Shown here one piece after another: positions 63,965-64,000 of a stretch of 64,000 bases of DNA; the first letter of the stretch is position 1; every line of letters begins with the position of its first letter. The stretch is from Blasia pusilla (Eukaryota). Both the position numbers and the translations under genes were made by a program. The notes beneath the pieces are model-generated. The model ran no database searches. It saw only the letters and a list, made by a program, of their open reading frames with translations, and had not been told where the DNA came from. The DNA lies in the NCBI GenBank assembly GCA_050084515.1, contig CM114271.1:28892001-28956000 (forward strand), read 5' to 3'.

Positions 63965-64000
63965 AGCAGCACTCCTGCCTACTTGGGGTTCCTATGACCT

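Noticed and set aside
1-64000. tRNA, rRNA or snoRNA genes
   Set aside because: No cloverleaf or rRNA-like segment recognised by eye; only retroelement PBS motifs. tRNAscan-SE or Infernal would be needed to exclude them.

Overview
Eukaryotic nuclear DNA from a plant, probably a non-seed land plant (inferred from gene content, intron style and TE repertoire; not determinable exactly). The left ~29 kb holds three intact host genes: 16-exon METTL13 (eEF1A methyltransferase), 10-exon MAF1 and a small plant membrane-protein gene. Several Helitrons are interleaved, one with a decayed PIF1 helicase. The right ~34 kb is nested transposon sequence. It includes a ~15 kb putative Mutator-like (MULE/SWIM) element with repeat arrays and two decayed accessory genes (RPA1-like OB/zinc-ribbon and C2H2-like), and a full-length decayed Ty1/copia with a solo LTR inside gag. 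It also holds chromovirus and Athila-like Ty3/gypsy fragments. The most notable signal is a DNMT3-like cytosine-5 methyltransferase domain in a retroelement context (minus strand, ~62.4-64.0 kb, split by a solo LTR). On the same strand lies an integrase-like C-terminus ending in a PHD finger, followed by a PPT and LTR (~55.0-56.4 kb). Together they suggest an LTR retrotransposon family with its own DNA methylation writer and histone reader. This copy is dead, and the link between the two parts is inferred.
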